Below, one piece after another: positions 37,321 to 50,341 of a stretch of DNA of 64,000 bases. Where the stretch lies: positions 1 through 64,000 of the forward strand of contig CAUPSL010001113.1 in assembly GCA_963514005.1 (NCBI GenBank), in the 5' to 3' direction. The DNA comes from Raja brachyura. Taxonomy: Eukaryota. Numbering within the stretch: the stretch's first letter is position 1; every line of letters starts with the position of its first letter. A program made the position numbers and the translations under genes. The notes beneath the pieces are model-generated. The model was not told the origin of the DNA. It searched no databases and saw only the letters and a list, made by a program, of their open reading frames with translations.

Positions 37321-37806
37321 ATAGACGATAGACAATAGACAACAGGTGCAGGAGTGGGCCATTCGGCCCTTCGAGCCAGCACCTGCCACTCAATGTGATC
37401 ATGGGTGATCATCCACAATCAGTACCCCGTTCCTGCCTTCTCCCCATATCCCCTGACTCTGCTATTTTTAAGAGCCCTATCTAGCTCTCTCTTGAAACCA
37501 TCCAGAGAACCTGCCTCCACCGCCCACTGAGGCAGAGAATTCCACAGACTTGCAACTCTCTGTGAGAAAAAATGTTTCCTTGTCACCATTCTAAATGGCT
37601 TACTCCTTATTCTTAAACTGTGGCCCCTGGTTCTGGACTCCCCCAACATCGGGAACATGTTTCCTGCGTCCAAGCCCTTAACAATCTTATATGTTTCAAT
37701 GAGATCCGCACTGATCTTTCTAAACTCTAGAGTGCACAAGCCCAGCTGCTCCATTCTCTCAGCATATGACAATCCTGCCATCCCGGGAATTAACCTTGTA
37801 AACCTA
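37321..37806 (-). mobile_element. CR1 3' fragment between BTN-A micro-exons
   Basis: ORF 37419-37781. Confidence 0.88.
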
Positions 37807-37880
37807 ATACCCCTTAATATGGCCAGCCACCTGGACCTGGTAGCGTTGCAATGTGGACAGTTACGAATTTAAACACTTAC

Positions 37881-37913
37881 CGTACTGTTGGACTGACTTG
37901 TCTTTTTCTAGTT
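37881..37913 (-). CDS. Butyrophilin-like gene A, juxtamembrane micro-exon 1 (33 nt)
   Basis: Acceptor gacttttccag, donor G|GTAAGT; encodes (E)LEKDKSVQQY. Confidence 0.7.
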
Positions 37914-38755
37914 CTGGAAAAGTCAACAATTTAATTCGAGTTAGTATCAAAAACAGTAGCTGATGTAATCAGATATATTTTCACTTGCTTGAATGAGTCG
38001 CGGTCCTGGCCTCCCATCCACCTCAGTGGAGACCTCTGCACTATCTTTCATCCAACTTTATCCAACTTCAATATTGTTTCTTGCAATGAATGCTTGGTTG
38101 TATTTTTATACGTCATTTAGTTTGTATTTTAAATACTATCGCCCTCCACCAGCTTAGTCAAAGAACGAGAAAAATATACTCAGTGTTGAGCAACCTAGAA
38201 CCTGAGGATACAGAAATTTGTGTCTATCTTTAGTACAAAAACCAGCTTCTGCAGTTCCTTGTTTCTAAGATAGACACAAAATGCTGGAGTAACTCAGCGG
38301 GACAGGCAGCATCTCTGGAGAGAAGGAATGGGTGACGTTTCGGGTCGAGGCCCTTCTTCACACTGGTTAGGGGTCAGGGAAACGAGAGATATAGAGATGT
38401 AGGTGATGTGGAGAGATAAAGAACAATGAATGAAAGATACGCAAAACAGTAATGATGATAAAGGATGTAAGGAAGAACTGCAGATGCGGGTTGAAATCGA
38501 AGGTAGACACAAAATGTTGGAGCTCAGCGGGTGAAGCAGCAGCTCTGGAGAGAAGGAAAGGGTGACGTTTGGTGTCCAGACCCTTCTTCAGACTAAATTA
38601 AACTCAAAACTTGAATGCTTCAGTATGAAGAAGGGTCTCGACCCGAAATGTCACCCATTCCTTCTCTCCAGAGATGCTGCCTGACCCGCTGAGTTTCTCC
38701 AGCATTTTGTGCCTACCGACAATGATAAAAGATACAGACCATTGTTAGCTGTTTG

Positions 38756-40252
38756 CAAGAGCGGAACTCGAGATCAAAACACGGAGGGGACCGGGGGACG
38801 GGGGGGGGGGGGGGGGGGGCGAACACAATTTTTTGGCGGCCGCGCGCTCATGCGCACACTCACACACACATGCGCGAGGCTTCGGAAGCTCAATGCAGCG
38901 CTAAATGCAGCTCAACTCTGCCTGTCTCGCCGGGTTAACCTACAGCCCTGCCTGGACTGTCGGGACACCAACGCTGCTTCTCCGCGCTGGCCATATTTCC
39001 CGCAAGCCCAGGCAGGTTCACCAGGCAGAGTTGACCTCGGTTTAGTGCTGCTACTCTGCGTTGGCTGTGGGCCTGGGGGTACAGCTCGCGTCTGACTTCC
39101 GACCTCTCTGGCCACCCATAGCGGGGGAGGGGGGGTGGACGGACACTCGGGTGGGGACAGGACAACATAGAAACATAGAAACATAAACAATAGGTGCAGG
39201 AGTATGCCATTTGGCCCTTCGAGCCTGCACCGCCATTCAATATGATCATGGCTGATCATCCAACTCAGTATCCTGTACCTGCCTTCTCTCCATACCCTCT
39301 GATCCCTTTAGCACAAGGGCCACATCTAACTCCCTCTTAAATATACCTCAACTACCCTCAACTACCCTCTGTGGCAGAGAGTTCCAGAGACCCACCACTC
39401 TCTGTGTGAAAAAAGTCCTTCTCATCTCGGTCCTAAAGGATTTCCCCCTTATCCTTAAGCTGTGACCCCTGGTCCTGGACCTCCCCAACATCGGGAACAA
39501 TCTTCCTGATTCTAGCCTGTCCAACCCCTTAAGAATTTTGTAAGAATCCCCTCTCAATCTCCTAAATTCTAGAGAGTATAAACCCAGTCTACCCAGTCTT
39601 TCTTCATAAGACAGTCCTGACATCCCAGGAATCAGTCTGGTGAACCTTCTCTGCACTCCCTCTATGGCAATAATGTCCTTCCTCAGATTTGGAGACCAGA
39701 ACTGTACGCAATACTCCAGGTGTTGTCTCACCAAGACCCTGTACAACTGAAGTAGAACCTCCCTGCTCCTATACTCAAATCTTTTTGCTATGAAAGCTAA
39801 CATACCATTTGCTTTCTTCACTGCCTGCTGCACCTGCATGCCTACTTTCAATGACTGGTGTACCATGACACCCAGGTCGCACTGCATCTCCCCTTTTCCA
39901 AATCGGCCACCACCGGTGACCCGGCCGGTATCGATCCTGGCTGTGGATGAGGCGCAGGTCTGTGCCTCGTCTCCCTCCTCCAATCACCGCGCTCCATCCT
40001 CAGTCCCACCCCCCTCCCTACTCCTCCCTCCTCCAATCATCGGGCTGAATCATCATCACCCGCCCCATTGCCTACTGGCCGACGTCTCCCTCATCCAATC
40101 AGCGCTCTCGATCTGCAGTCCCACCTCCACTGTCTTGCGGAAAGCGGAGATTTGGAAATCCGGATTACATCAATTTAGGGGGGAAGTCCCCCACCTCTCA
40201 AAACATGGGGGGGACCAGTCCCCTCTGGCCCCTCCCGTGTTTTCCGCCCCTG
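38756..40252. mobile_element. Non-autonomous hAT element with a nested CR1 (39165-39915, -)
   Basis: Imperfect TIRs CAAGAGCGGAA / TTCCGCCCCTG and an 8-bp TSD GCTGTTTG (38748-38755, 40253-40260). Inserted into a PLE 3' fragment. Confidence 0.82.
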
Positions 40253-40304
40253 GCTGTTTGTACGGTGAAAACGAGAACTAGCGTTAATGGTTGATCACAT
40301 ACAA

Positions 40305-41385
40305 CAACGGGGATTCCCCTCCCCCACGATAGATGAGGCTCGCACCAGGGTCTCCTCCATACCCCGCAACACTGCCCTCTCTCCCCATTCCCCCACTCAC
40401 AACAAGGGCAGACTCCCCCTGGTCCTCACCTTTCACCCCACCAGCCGGCAGATACAATACATAGTCCTCCGCCAGCTTCGCCACCTCTAACGTGACCCCT
40501 CCACTCGCCACATCTTCCCATCTCCCCCCCTGTCTCCCTTCCGCAAAGACCGCTCCCTCCGCAACACCCTTGTCAATTCTTCCCTTGCCTCCCGCTCCAC
40601 CCCTTCCCCGGGCACTTTCCCTTGCAACCGCAAGAGATGCTACACTTGTCCCTTCACCTTCCCCCTCCACTCCTTTCAGGGACCCAAGCAGTCATTCCAG
40701 GACCGACAGAGGTTCACTGCACATCCTCCAACCTCATCTACTGCATCCGTTGCTCCAGATGCCAGCTGATCTATATCGGTGAGACCAAGCGGAGGCTTGG
40801 CGATCGTTTCGCCGAACACCTCTGCTTGGTCCACAATAACCAACACGACCTCCCGGTGGCTCAGCACTTCAACTCCCCCTCCCATTCCGTATCCGACCTC
40901 TTGGTCCTGGGCCTCCTCCATGGCCAGAGTGAGCAACACCGCAAGTTGGAGGAACAGCACCTCATATTCCGCTTGGGGAGTCTGCATCCTCTGGGCTTAA
41001 ACATTGAATTTTCACAATTCTGTTAACCCTTGCTGTCTCCTCCCCTTCCCACCTCTCCCTCAGCCCTCGGGCCCTGGCATTCCCTCTCTCTCTATCTCTC
41101 CCCCACCCAAGTCGCACTTGCTTCTCATTTTCACACTACAAACAGCTTACAATGGCCTGTTTCCTTTATCATATCTTACATATCTTTCATTCATTGTTCT
41201 TTATCTCTCCACATCACCGACTATATCTCTCGTTTCCCTGATCCCTAACCAGTGTGAAGAAGGATAGAAGACCTGAAACGTCGCCTATCTCCTTCGCTCC
41301 TTAGATGCTGCTGCACCCGCTGAGTTTCTCCAGCCTTTTGTGTACCTAAGATTATCCAGCATCTGCAGTTCCTTCTTTAACAGTT
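40305..41385 (+). mobile_element. Penelope-like fragment (frameshifted)
   Basis: Near-identical to 126-1200, with a stop and a frameshift. Confidence 0.87.
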
Positions 41386-41584
41386 AATGGTTGATGGATG
41401 GTTGGCGCGGACGAGGTGGGCCGAAGGGATACTTTCTACTCTACACCTCTAAACTAAACTCAATACTTGATTGCTATCGTTTCCGTTCATTCTTAGCGAT
41501 GACAGAATAATGGGAGTTTCTTATCCATTTGATGTTGAAAGCTGACGGATAATTGCCCCTTGGCAGTGGTAGATGGGACGGTAC

Positions 41585-41704
41585 CTTTCATGCGGTTACG
41601 TCTTCTTACGGTCCAAAAAACGGCCAAACCAAGCGCGATCAACAGTAGACAAAGAGCCAGGCATAAGAACACCAGCCAGCCTGAAACAACTGGGAAGAAG
41701 ATAT
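41585..41704 (-). CDS. Butyrophilin-like gene A, transmembrane exon
   Basis: Not in the ORF track. 120 nt, phase 1-1: (D)IFFPVVSGWLVFLCLALCLLLIALGLAVFWTVRRRNRMK. The DxFFP start is typical of BTN TM exons. Acceptor tttctattgcag. Confidence 0.9.
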
Positions 41705-42419
41705 CTGCAATAGAAACGGCAGTGATTAGACGATGTTGCGTGGAAAATATTCACGTTGATAAGTTCTAGGGGCAGAATTAGGCCATTCAGCCCCTCCGGT
41801 CTACTCCACCAATCAATCATGGCTGATCTATCTTCCCCTCTCAACCCCATTCTCCTGCCTTCTCCCCATAACTCCAGTACTGAGCAAGAATCTGCCGATC
41901 CCCATCTTAAAAATATCAATAGACTTGGCCTCCACAGCAATTAATTCCAGATTCCCCACCCTCTGACTGAAGAAATTGTTCCACACAAATCACTCCCTTG
42001 CACATTCACTACAAGAAAAACAAGGCCAACATTTCATGGTCGATAGGCACAAAATGGCGCAGTAACTCAGCGGATCAGGCAGCATCTCTGGAGAAAAGGA
42101 ATAGGTGACGTTTCAGATCAAGACCATTCTTCTTGGTGCAGTGGTAGAGTTGCTACCTTACACCACCAGAGACCTGGGTCCCATCCTGATTACGGGTGCT
42201 GTCTGTATGGAGTTTGCACGTTCTCCCTGTGACCAGGTGGGTTTTCTCCGGATTCCTCCCACACTCAAAAGACGTTCAGGCACGTCGGTTAATTGGCTTC
42301 TGTAGCATGTGCCTGGTGTGTGGGATAGCGCTAGTTGCTGGTTGGTGCGGACTCGGTGGCTCGAAGGGCCTGTCTCCGCGCTGTATCTCGAACACTCATC
42401 AGGCATGGACAAGATGGTT

Positions 42420-43635
42420 CGGTAGTGCCTACTCTGAGATTTGATGAATGATATCCTTGCTATTGAGGGAATGCAGCGTAGGTTCACCAGGTTAATCCCC
42501 GGGATGGCGGGACTGTCATATGCTGAGAGAATGGAGCGGCTGGGCTTGTATACTCTGGATTTAAGAAGGATGTGAGGGGATCTTATTGAAACTTATAGGA
42601 TTACTAAGGGTTTGGACACGCTAGAGGCAGGAAACATGGTCCCGGTGTTGGGGGAGTCCAAAACCAGGGTCCACAGTTTAAGAATAGGGGGTAAGCCATC
42701 TAGATCGAAGAGGAGGAAACACTTTTTCTCACAGAGAGTTGTGAGTCTGTGGAATTCTCTGCCTCTCGGGCGGTGGAGGCCGGTTGTCTGGATACTTTCA
42801 AGAGAGAGTTAGATAGATAGGGCTCTTAAAGATAGCGGAGTCAGGGGATATGGGGCGACGGCAGGAACGGGGTACTGATTGGGGACGATCAGCCATGATC
42901 ACAGTGAATGGTGGTGCTGGCTCGAATCGGCCAAAAGGCCTACTCCTGCACCTATTGTCTATTGTCTATTTTAAAAATAAAAAAGATTGCTGGTTTGTGC
43001 GGATTCGGTGGCTTGAAGGGCCTGTCTCCACGTTGTATCTCGAAACCTCATCAGGCACAACCAAGATGGTTCGGTAGTGCCCACTCTGAGATTTGAGGAA
43101 GGACAGCCTTGCTATTGAGGCAGTGCAGCGTAGGTTCACCAGGTTAATCCCCGGCATGGCGGGACTGTCATATGAAGAAAGATTGGAAAGACTGGGCTTG
43201 TATTCACTGGAATTTAGAAGGATGAGAAGGGATCTTATGAAAACATATAAGATTATTATGGGTTATAAAAATTATAAAAGGACTGGATAAGCTAGATGCA
43301 GGAAAAGGGTTCCCAATGATGGGGGAGTCCAGAACCAGGGGCCACCGTCTAAGAATAAAGGGGAGGCCATTTAAAACTGAGATGAGAAAAATCATTTTCA
43401 CCCAGAGAGTTGTGAATTTGTGGAATTCTCTGCCACATGCAGTGGAGGCCAATTCACTAGATGAATTGAAAAGAGAGTTAGACAGAGCTCTAGGAGCTAG
43501 CGGAATCAAGGGATATGGGGAGAAGGCAGGCACTGGTTACTGATTGTGGATGATCAGCCATGACCACAATGAATGGCGGTGCTGGCTCGAAGGGCCGAAT
43601 GGCCTCCTCCTGCACCTATTGTCTATGTTTCTATT
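42420..43635 (+). mobile_element. Two tandem CR1 3' fragments
   Basis: Both are preceded by the same SINE-tail and ACAAGATGGTTCGGTAGTGCC junction, implying a local duplication. Confidence 0.82.
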
Positions 43636-43739
43636 ACCTTGAGATGATATTATTTTATTATTCCTCTCGCCTGACACGTGCTGGAATTTACATCGCAAGT
43701 CAACCTTTTTTAACCGCAGTTGACAATATACAAGTGGAG

Positions 43740-44245
43740 ATATAATGCTGGAGAAACTCAACGGGTGAGGCGGCATCTATGGAGAGAAGGAGCCATATTT
43801 CAGACTGATCTGGGGTGGAGGGGGGGCGGGAAAAAGAAAGGAAGAGGCGGAGACAGTTGCCTATGTGGGAGAGCTGGGAATGGGAGGGGAAGGAGGGAGG
43901 AAGCAGGGACTACCTGAAAGTAGAGAAGTCAATGTTCATGCCGCTGGGGTGTAAACTACCCAAGTGAAATATGAGGTGCTGATCCTCCAATTTGCGCTGG
44001 GCCTCACTCTGACAATGGACGAGGCCCAGGACAGGAAGGTCAGATTGGGAATGGGAGGGGGAGTTGAAGTGCTGGGCCACCGGGAGATCAGGTTGGTTTG
44101 TACGGACCGAGCGGAGGTGTTGGGCGAAACGATCGCTGAGCCTGCGCTTGGTCTCACCGATGTAGACCAGCTGACACCTACGACAGCAGGTGCAGCAGAT
44201 GAGGTTGGAGGAGGTGCAGGTGAACCTCTGCCTCACCTGGAAAGG
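43740..44245 (-). mobile_element. Penelope-like fragment, second subfamily
   Basis: FQVRQRFTCTSSNLICC...VYIGETKRRLSDRF...MNIDFSTFR. Confidence 0.85.
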
Positions 44246-44268
44246 TACAATATTGACAATATACAAAC

Positions 44269-44553
44269 CTGCAATCTCAATAATGGCTTCCTGTTCTTTT
44301 TCCAATACTCGATTCCATAAAATACAGCTGAACTTGTTTGTCGAACCCTGCGATACATTTACTTGGCTCTGGGCATTTATAAGTTGTTTAGAATCCTGCT
44401 GATAATTTATATCTGATTTTAAAGTTAAATTCTCTTTCTCGCCACCAATCCATTGTATCGATGGTGCAGGATACCAGCCAGTAGACTCACAGACCAGTTG
44501 AATTCCACCTTTCTCATATCCTCTGATGTAGATCCAGTGGTCATGACCCAAAC
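44269..44553 (-). CDS. Butyrophilin-like gene A, IgC exon
   Basis: 285 nt, phase 1-1. GLG...GGIQLVCESTGWYPAPSIQW...FSCILWNRVLEKEQEAIIEIA. The ORF-track read-through into a Penelope fragment is intronic. Confidence 0.92.
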
Positions 44554-46299
44554 CTATAAAGATTAACAAGGATCAAGTCTACTTAGAATGTAGCAACAAG
44601 TTCATAATTCATCATTCATAGGAGCAGGTTTAGGAAATTTGGCCCATCGAGTCAATAGACAATAGGTGCAAGAGTAGTCCATTCGGCCCTTTGAGCCAGC
44701 AGCATCATTCACTGTGATCATGGCTGTTCATCCACAATCAGTACCCCGTTCCTGCCTTCTCCCCATATCCCCTGACTTGGGAGATATGGGAGATCCCAAT
44801 ATGTAGATAGGGCTCTTAAAGATAGAGGAGTCAGGGGATATGGGGAGAAGGCAGGAACGGGGTACTGATTGTGGATGATCAGCCGTGATCACAGTGATCG
44901 CTGGAATTTAGAAGATTGAGGGGAGGGATCTTATAGAGACTTACAAAATTCTTAAGGTGTTGGACAGGCTAGATGCAGGAAGATTGTTCCCGATGTTGGG
45001 GAAGTCCAGAACAAGGGGTCACAGTTTAAGGATAAGGGGGGAATCTTTTAGGACCGAGATGAGAAAATCATTTTTCACACAGAGAGTGGCGAATCTGTGG
45101 AATTCTCTGCCACAGAAGGTAGTTGAGGCTAGTTCATTGGCTATATTTAAGAGGGAGTTAAATGTGGGCCTTGTGGCTATAGGGATCAGGGGGTATGGAG
45201 AGAAGACAGGTACGGGATACTGAGTTGGATGATCAGCCATGATCATATTGAATGGCGGTGCAGGCTCGAAGGACTGAATGACCTACTCCTGCACCTATTT
45301 TCTATGATTCTATGATTCTATGAATGGCGGTGCAGGCTCGAAGGACTGAATGGCCTACTCCTGCACCTATTTTCTATGATTCATGAATGGTGGTGCTGGC
45401 TCGAAGGGCCGAATGGCGGACCCCTGCACCTATTGGCTATTGACCCCGCCATCTTTAAAAGCTCTAAATCTAAATCTCTCTTGAAGGCATTCAGAGAATT
45501 GGCCTCCACTGCCCTCTGAGGCAGAGAATTTCACAGACTCACAACTCTCTGGGCGAAAAAGTGTTTCCTCATCGCAGTCCAAAATGGCTTGCCTACCCCT
45601 TGTTCCTAAACTTTGACCCCTGGTTCTGGACTCCCCCTACATCGGGAACATGTTTTTTTACATCTAGCCTGTCCAATCCTTGAAGAAATGTATATGCTTC
45701 TATAAGATCCCCCCTCATCCTTCTAAATTCCAGTGAATGCAAGCCCAGTCGACCTTTATTTCATCATATGTCAGTCCCGCCATCCCGGGAATTAACCTGG
45801 TGAACCTACCCTGCACTCCCTCAATAGCAAGAATGTCCTGCCACAAATTAGGAGAGCTAATTTGCACACAATTCTCCAGTGGCTGTCTCTCTCGGGCCCT
45901 GTACAACTGCAGAAGGACCTCTTTGCTTTCTTCGCTGCCTGCTGTACCTGCATGTCCAATCCTTTAAGAATTGTATATGCTTCTATAAGATCCCCTCTAA
46001 TCCTTCTAAATTCCAGTGAATACAAGCCCAGTCGACCCATTATTTCATGGAAGTCCTTTGAACTTTCTTTACGTAGAATTTATTGGACTTAATAATATCC
46101 TCTTGATCATTTTTCTTTGCAGAGTGGACAGTTCGATTGTTTTCATGTCGAGTCTGTTACTTATTGGATAGCATACAACCTGATGCTTTTCGCTGTACCT
46201 CAGTACATGTGACAATGATAAACTAATCTAGGTGACATTACGGGTCGGGACTCTCTTCAGACTGAATGAGTGAATGAATGGACAAGTTTATTGGCCAAC

Positions 46300-46960
46300 C
46301 ATATTCATATACAAGGCATTTGTCTTGGTGCTCCACCCACAGGTGACAACATGACACAGTGACAGTAAGGAATGACACAAAACATTAAGCATTAATAATA
46401 AAACATTATCCATTTAACATGTGAAGAATTAAATAAAATACCAGAGCAAAAGGAGGCTACAGATTTCTCGTTGTTGAGTAGAGCAACTACTGGTGGATAA
46501 AAGCTGTTTTTATGTCTGGCTGTGGCAGCTTTGACAGTCCGGAGTCGCCTTCCAGAGGGAAGTGATTCAAAGAGTTTGTGGCCAGGGTGAGAGGGGTCAG
46601 AGATGATCTTGCCCGCTCGCTTCCTGGCCCTTGCAGTGTACAGTTCACCAATGGAGGGGAAGGCTGGAGCCAATAACCTTCTCAGCTGATCGGAAGATTC
46701 GCTGCAGCCTCCGGATGTCGTGCTAGGTGGCTGAGCCAAACCAGACCATGATGGAGAAGGTGAGGACAGACTCTACATTGGACCATCATTGCCTGTGGCA
46801 GATTGTGCTTCCTCAGCTGCCGCAGGAAGTACATCCTCTGTTGTGCCTTTCGGACTGTGGGTACAATGGTGCCCCCCCCCCCCCCCCCCCCCAATTTAAG
46901 GTCCTTGGAGATGATGGTTCCCAGGAACTTAAAAGACTCCACAGATGTGACTGTGATGTT
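46300..46960 (-). mobile_element. Rex1/Babar-type LINE 3' fragment
   Basis: VESFKFLGTIISKDL...KAQQRMYFLRQLRK...IISDPSHPGH.LF..LPSGRR. Confidence 0.8.
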
Positions 46961-47466
46961 GTTGGTGTTTAAGAAGGAACTGCAGATGCTGGAAAATCGA
47001 AGGTAGAATGTCTGCCTAAGATTCCTTCGCTGAACGCTTCTTAACGCCCAGTCCACCTTAACCCGTGTGATCTGCCGGTCGGCAAACATTTCAACTCCCC
47101 TTCCCATTCCCGTACTGACCTTCCTGTCCCGGTCTCCTCCACAGTCAGAGTGAGGCCACCCGCAAATTGGAGGAACAACACCTCACATTTCACTTGGGCA
47201 ACTTACAACCCAGGTTGATTTTGAACGTTGATTTTTCAAATTCCAAGTAACCCTTGAATTCTCCCCCCCCCACTATTCCTTCGCTCCGTAGATGCTGGAG
47301 TTTCTCCGGCATTTTTGTCCAACACAGGTATGACTGTGGTGTTGTTGATGGTGAATGGGGTGAGGGAATGGGGGGGGGGGAATGGAAGTTGCCCCAAAGT
47401 CCACTATCAATTCGTCAGACAATGACCAATGTAATGTGCTTGTCTATTAATAACGTGTGCACTAAC

Positions 47467-47817
47467 CTCCAACTTTCAAGTCAATTGCAGTTTCTTCAAA
47501 GACAACCCCATTGTCAACTGAGCAAATATAGTTGCCCTCATCGGTAACTCTGAGGTCCTTTATCCTGAGGGATACGTTTCCTTCCACCATTTGGTCCTTG
47601 AAGAGCTCGGTCCGTCCTCTGTAGTCATCGTCTTGTGCATTGGTCACGTCCTTGCCGTTTCTGAACATGTGAACCGCAAAGTCGAGGTCTGACTTTAGCC
47701 ACCGGACGGTCATCTTGTCCATCAGTTCCTTGGGCTCAAGGTGACATTCCAGTGTCACTGTTTCGCCCACGACTCCTACAACGGGCCGGTCTGGACCAAC
47801 GATGGAGAACTTGACGG
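47467..47817 (-). CDS. Butyrophilin-like gene A, IgV exon
   Basis: 351 nt, phase 1-1. VKFSIVGPDRPVVGVVGETVTLECHL...VRW...QDDDYRGRTELFKD...GNVSLRIKDLRVTDEGNYIC, typical of BTN/MOG/B7 V domains. Donor G|GTTAGT. Confidence 0.93.
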
Positions 47818-47877
47818 CTGCGCGCGGTTTACAACAAAGGGAAACGTCAGCAAATGGTCACGTCACAGGAGCAGAAT

Positions 47878-48362
47878 TAGGCCATTTGGCCCATCGAGTC
47901 TACCCCGCCATACATCATAGACAATAGATGTAGAATGAGGCCATTCGGCGCATCGAGTCTACCCCGCCATACATCATAGACAATAGATGTAGAATGAGGC
48001 CATTCGGCCCATCGAGTCTACCCAGCCATACATCATAGACAATAGATGTAGAATGAGGCCATTCAGCCCATGGAGTCTACCCCGCCATACATTATAGACA
48101 ATAGATGTAGAATTAGGCCATTCGGCCCATCGAGTTTACCCCGCCATACATCATAGACAATAGATGTAGAATGAGGCCATTCGGCCCATCGAGTCTACCC
48201 CGCCATACATCATAGACAATAGATGTAGAATTAGGACATTCGGTCCATCGAGTCTACCCCGCCATACATCATAGACAATAGATAATAGGTGCAGACTGAG
48301 GCCATTCAGCCCATCGAGTCTACCCCGCCATACATCAATAGACAATAGATGTAGAATTAGGC
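47878..48362. repeat. 59-bp tandem repeat (about 8 copies) derived from a CR1 3' end
   Basis: GGCCATTCGGCCCATCGAGTCTACCCCGCCATACATCATAGACAATAGATGTAGAATGA unit. Confidence 0.92.
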
Positions 48363-49903
48363 CAGCACCGCCATTCAATGAGATCATGGCTGATCATCCA
48401 CAATCAGTACCCCGTTCCTGCCTTCTCCCCTTATCCCCTAACTCCGCTATCTTTAAGAGCACTATCTAGCTTTCGCTTGAAAGTATCCAGAGAACCGGCC
48501 TCCACCGCCCTCTGAGGCAGAGAATTCCACAGACTCACCACTCTCTGTGTGAAAAAGTGTTTCCTCGTCTTCGTTCTAAATGGCTTGCCCCTGATTCTGA
48601 AACTGTGACCCGTGATTAAGGGTCTGGACATGCTAGAGTTAGGACACATATTCTCCATGTTGGGGGAGTCCAGAACCAGGGGCCACAGTTTAAGGCTCCA
48701 AGGGCCAAATGGCCTACTCCTGCACCTATTGATTCCTGGGATGTCAGGACTTTCATATGAGGAAAGACTCGGCATGTACTCGCTAGAATTTAGAAGACTG
48801 AGGGGGGATCTTATAGAAACTTACAAAATTCTTAAGGGGTTGGACAGGCTAGATGCAGGAAGATTGCTCCCAATGTTGGGGAGGTCCAGGACAAGGGGTC
48901 GCAGTCTAAGTATAAGGGGGAATTCCTTTAGGACCGAGATGAGGAAAACATTTTTCACACAGAGTGGTGAGTCTCTGGAATTCTCTGCCACAGAAGGTAG
49001 TTGAGGCCAGTTCATTGGCTATATTTAAGAGGGAGTTAGATGTGGCCCTGGAGGCTAAAGGGATCAGGGGGTATGGAGAGAAGGCAGGTACAGGATACTG
49101 AGTTGGATGATCAGCCATGATCATATTGAATGGCGGTGCAGGCTGGAAGGGCCGAATGGCCTACTCCTGCACATATTGTCTATGTTTCTATGGTCTATTG
49201 ACAACAAACAGACACAGCAGCAGAAGCAGAAGCCCTAATGCAACCTCAGTGACGGCAGCTTGGTGCCAACCCGGAGCATGCACCCTTCTCAGGTCGGCTC
49301 CTACGGATGTCCAACCGGATGACATCACCCTGAAGAAGCAGAATGCAGAAGGCCTCACCACTTCCTCTGCCTCAAACGCAAGAAGAAGAACAGATTCACC
49401 ACCCTCTGACTAAATCAATTCCCCTTCATCACCTTTCTAAGTTTATGTCCGTTTTTAGTTGAGGTTTTCTGCAAGGAACCACGGTGAAGAATTAAATAAT
49501 TTTGACTCATTAGTTTAGTCCAGTTTAGTTTAGAGATCCAACATGGAAACAGGCCCTTTGCCCCAGCGAGTCCGCTCTGACCAGCGAACACCCCATACAC
49601 TAGCTCTGTGCTACACGGTGGGGACAATTTACAGAGGCCGCTTAACCTACAAACCCGCACGTCGCACGCCCTTGGAGAGTGAGAGGAAACCAGAGCACCC
49701 GGATGAAGACCCACGCAATTGCAGTGAGAACGTGCAAACTCCGTACAGAAAGCAGCCATTTTGTTAAAGTATTGCTTGAATTCTGAGACCTGCTCGACTA
49801 TTGAAATATTCCTTCAACACAACAGATTTCAGTTTCTGAATCTTTGATGAACCTGAAGAACTTGTTCAGGATGTTGTTTTTCCCTGTACCGTTGCTAGCT
49901 TAT

Positions 49904-50230
49904 GGCCCTGTCCCACTGTACGAGTTAATTCAAGAGCTCTCCCGAGTTTAATCAAAAATCAAACTCGTGGTAAGCACGGAGAATGAACGTAGCGGGTACG
50001 TCGGAGCTCGGGGACGTCTCTTAGCGACTCTTAACGCTAACGGCAGGTACTCCGGAAGACTCGCTAACGGCAGGTACGCTCGGGAAGACTCGTGAAGATT
50101 TTTCAACATGTTGAAAAATGTCCACGAGAGCTTCGAGTACTTACGAGCGGCCATTACCGTAAATCTCCGAGTTCGAACCAGGGCAAACTCGGGGAGAACT
50201 CTTGAATGAACTCGTACAGTGGGACAGGGC
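49904..50230. mobile_element. MITE (PIF/Harbinger-like), copy 1
   Basis: TIRs GCCCTGTCCCACTGTACGAGTT / AACTCGTACAGTGGGACAGGGC; second copy at 58311-58627. Confidence 0.8.
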
Positions 50231-50341
50231 TTTTACATTCTAAGCGGCCTTCCGATGATAGCTCACTGCTCAAGTATAAGTCCACATTCTCAAACTTTGT
50301 TTACTTATTCATTAAAAAATATAAATGCCAGTGTTGCTTAC

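Noticed and set aside
37304-37324. Orphan G|GTAAGT donor on -, suggesting a fourth micro-exon disrupted by a CR1
   Set aside because: No acceptor giving a multiple-of-3 exon, even after removing the CR1, and the downstream intron would be only 62 nt.
43910-44569. Apparent IgC / GIY-YIG nuclease fusion ORF
   Set aside because: A canonical donor at 44268 ends the IgC exon at the standard 285 nt. The in-frame Penelope fragment is intronic and has a damaged motif (LICC instead of LIYC).
47878-48362. CRISPR-like regular repeats (also 5058-5760)
   Set aside because: Eukaryotic context, no unique spacers and no cas genes; the units derive from retroelement ends.
49187-49329. Hydrophobic minus-strand ORF (MSSGW...VALGLLLLLLCLFVV) after a good acceptor, as a candidate BTN leader exon
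   Set aside because: It has no phase-1 donor before running into a CR1 tail and a stop. The 50342-50410 exon fits better. If spliced after that exon it would give an immediate stop (at most a poison exon).
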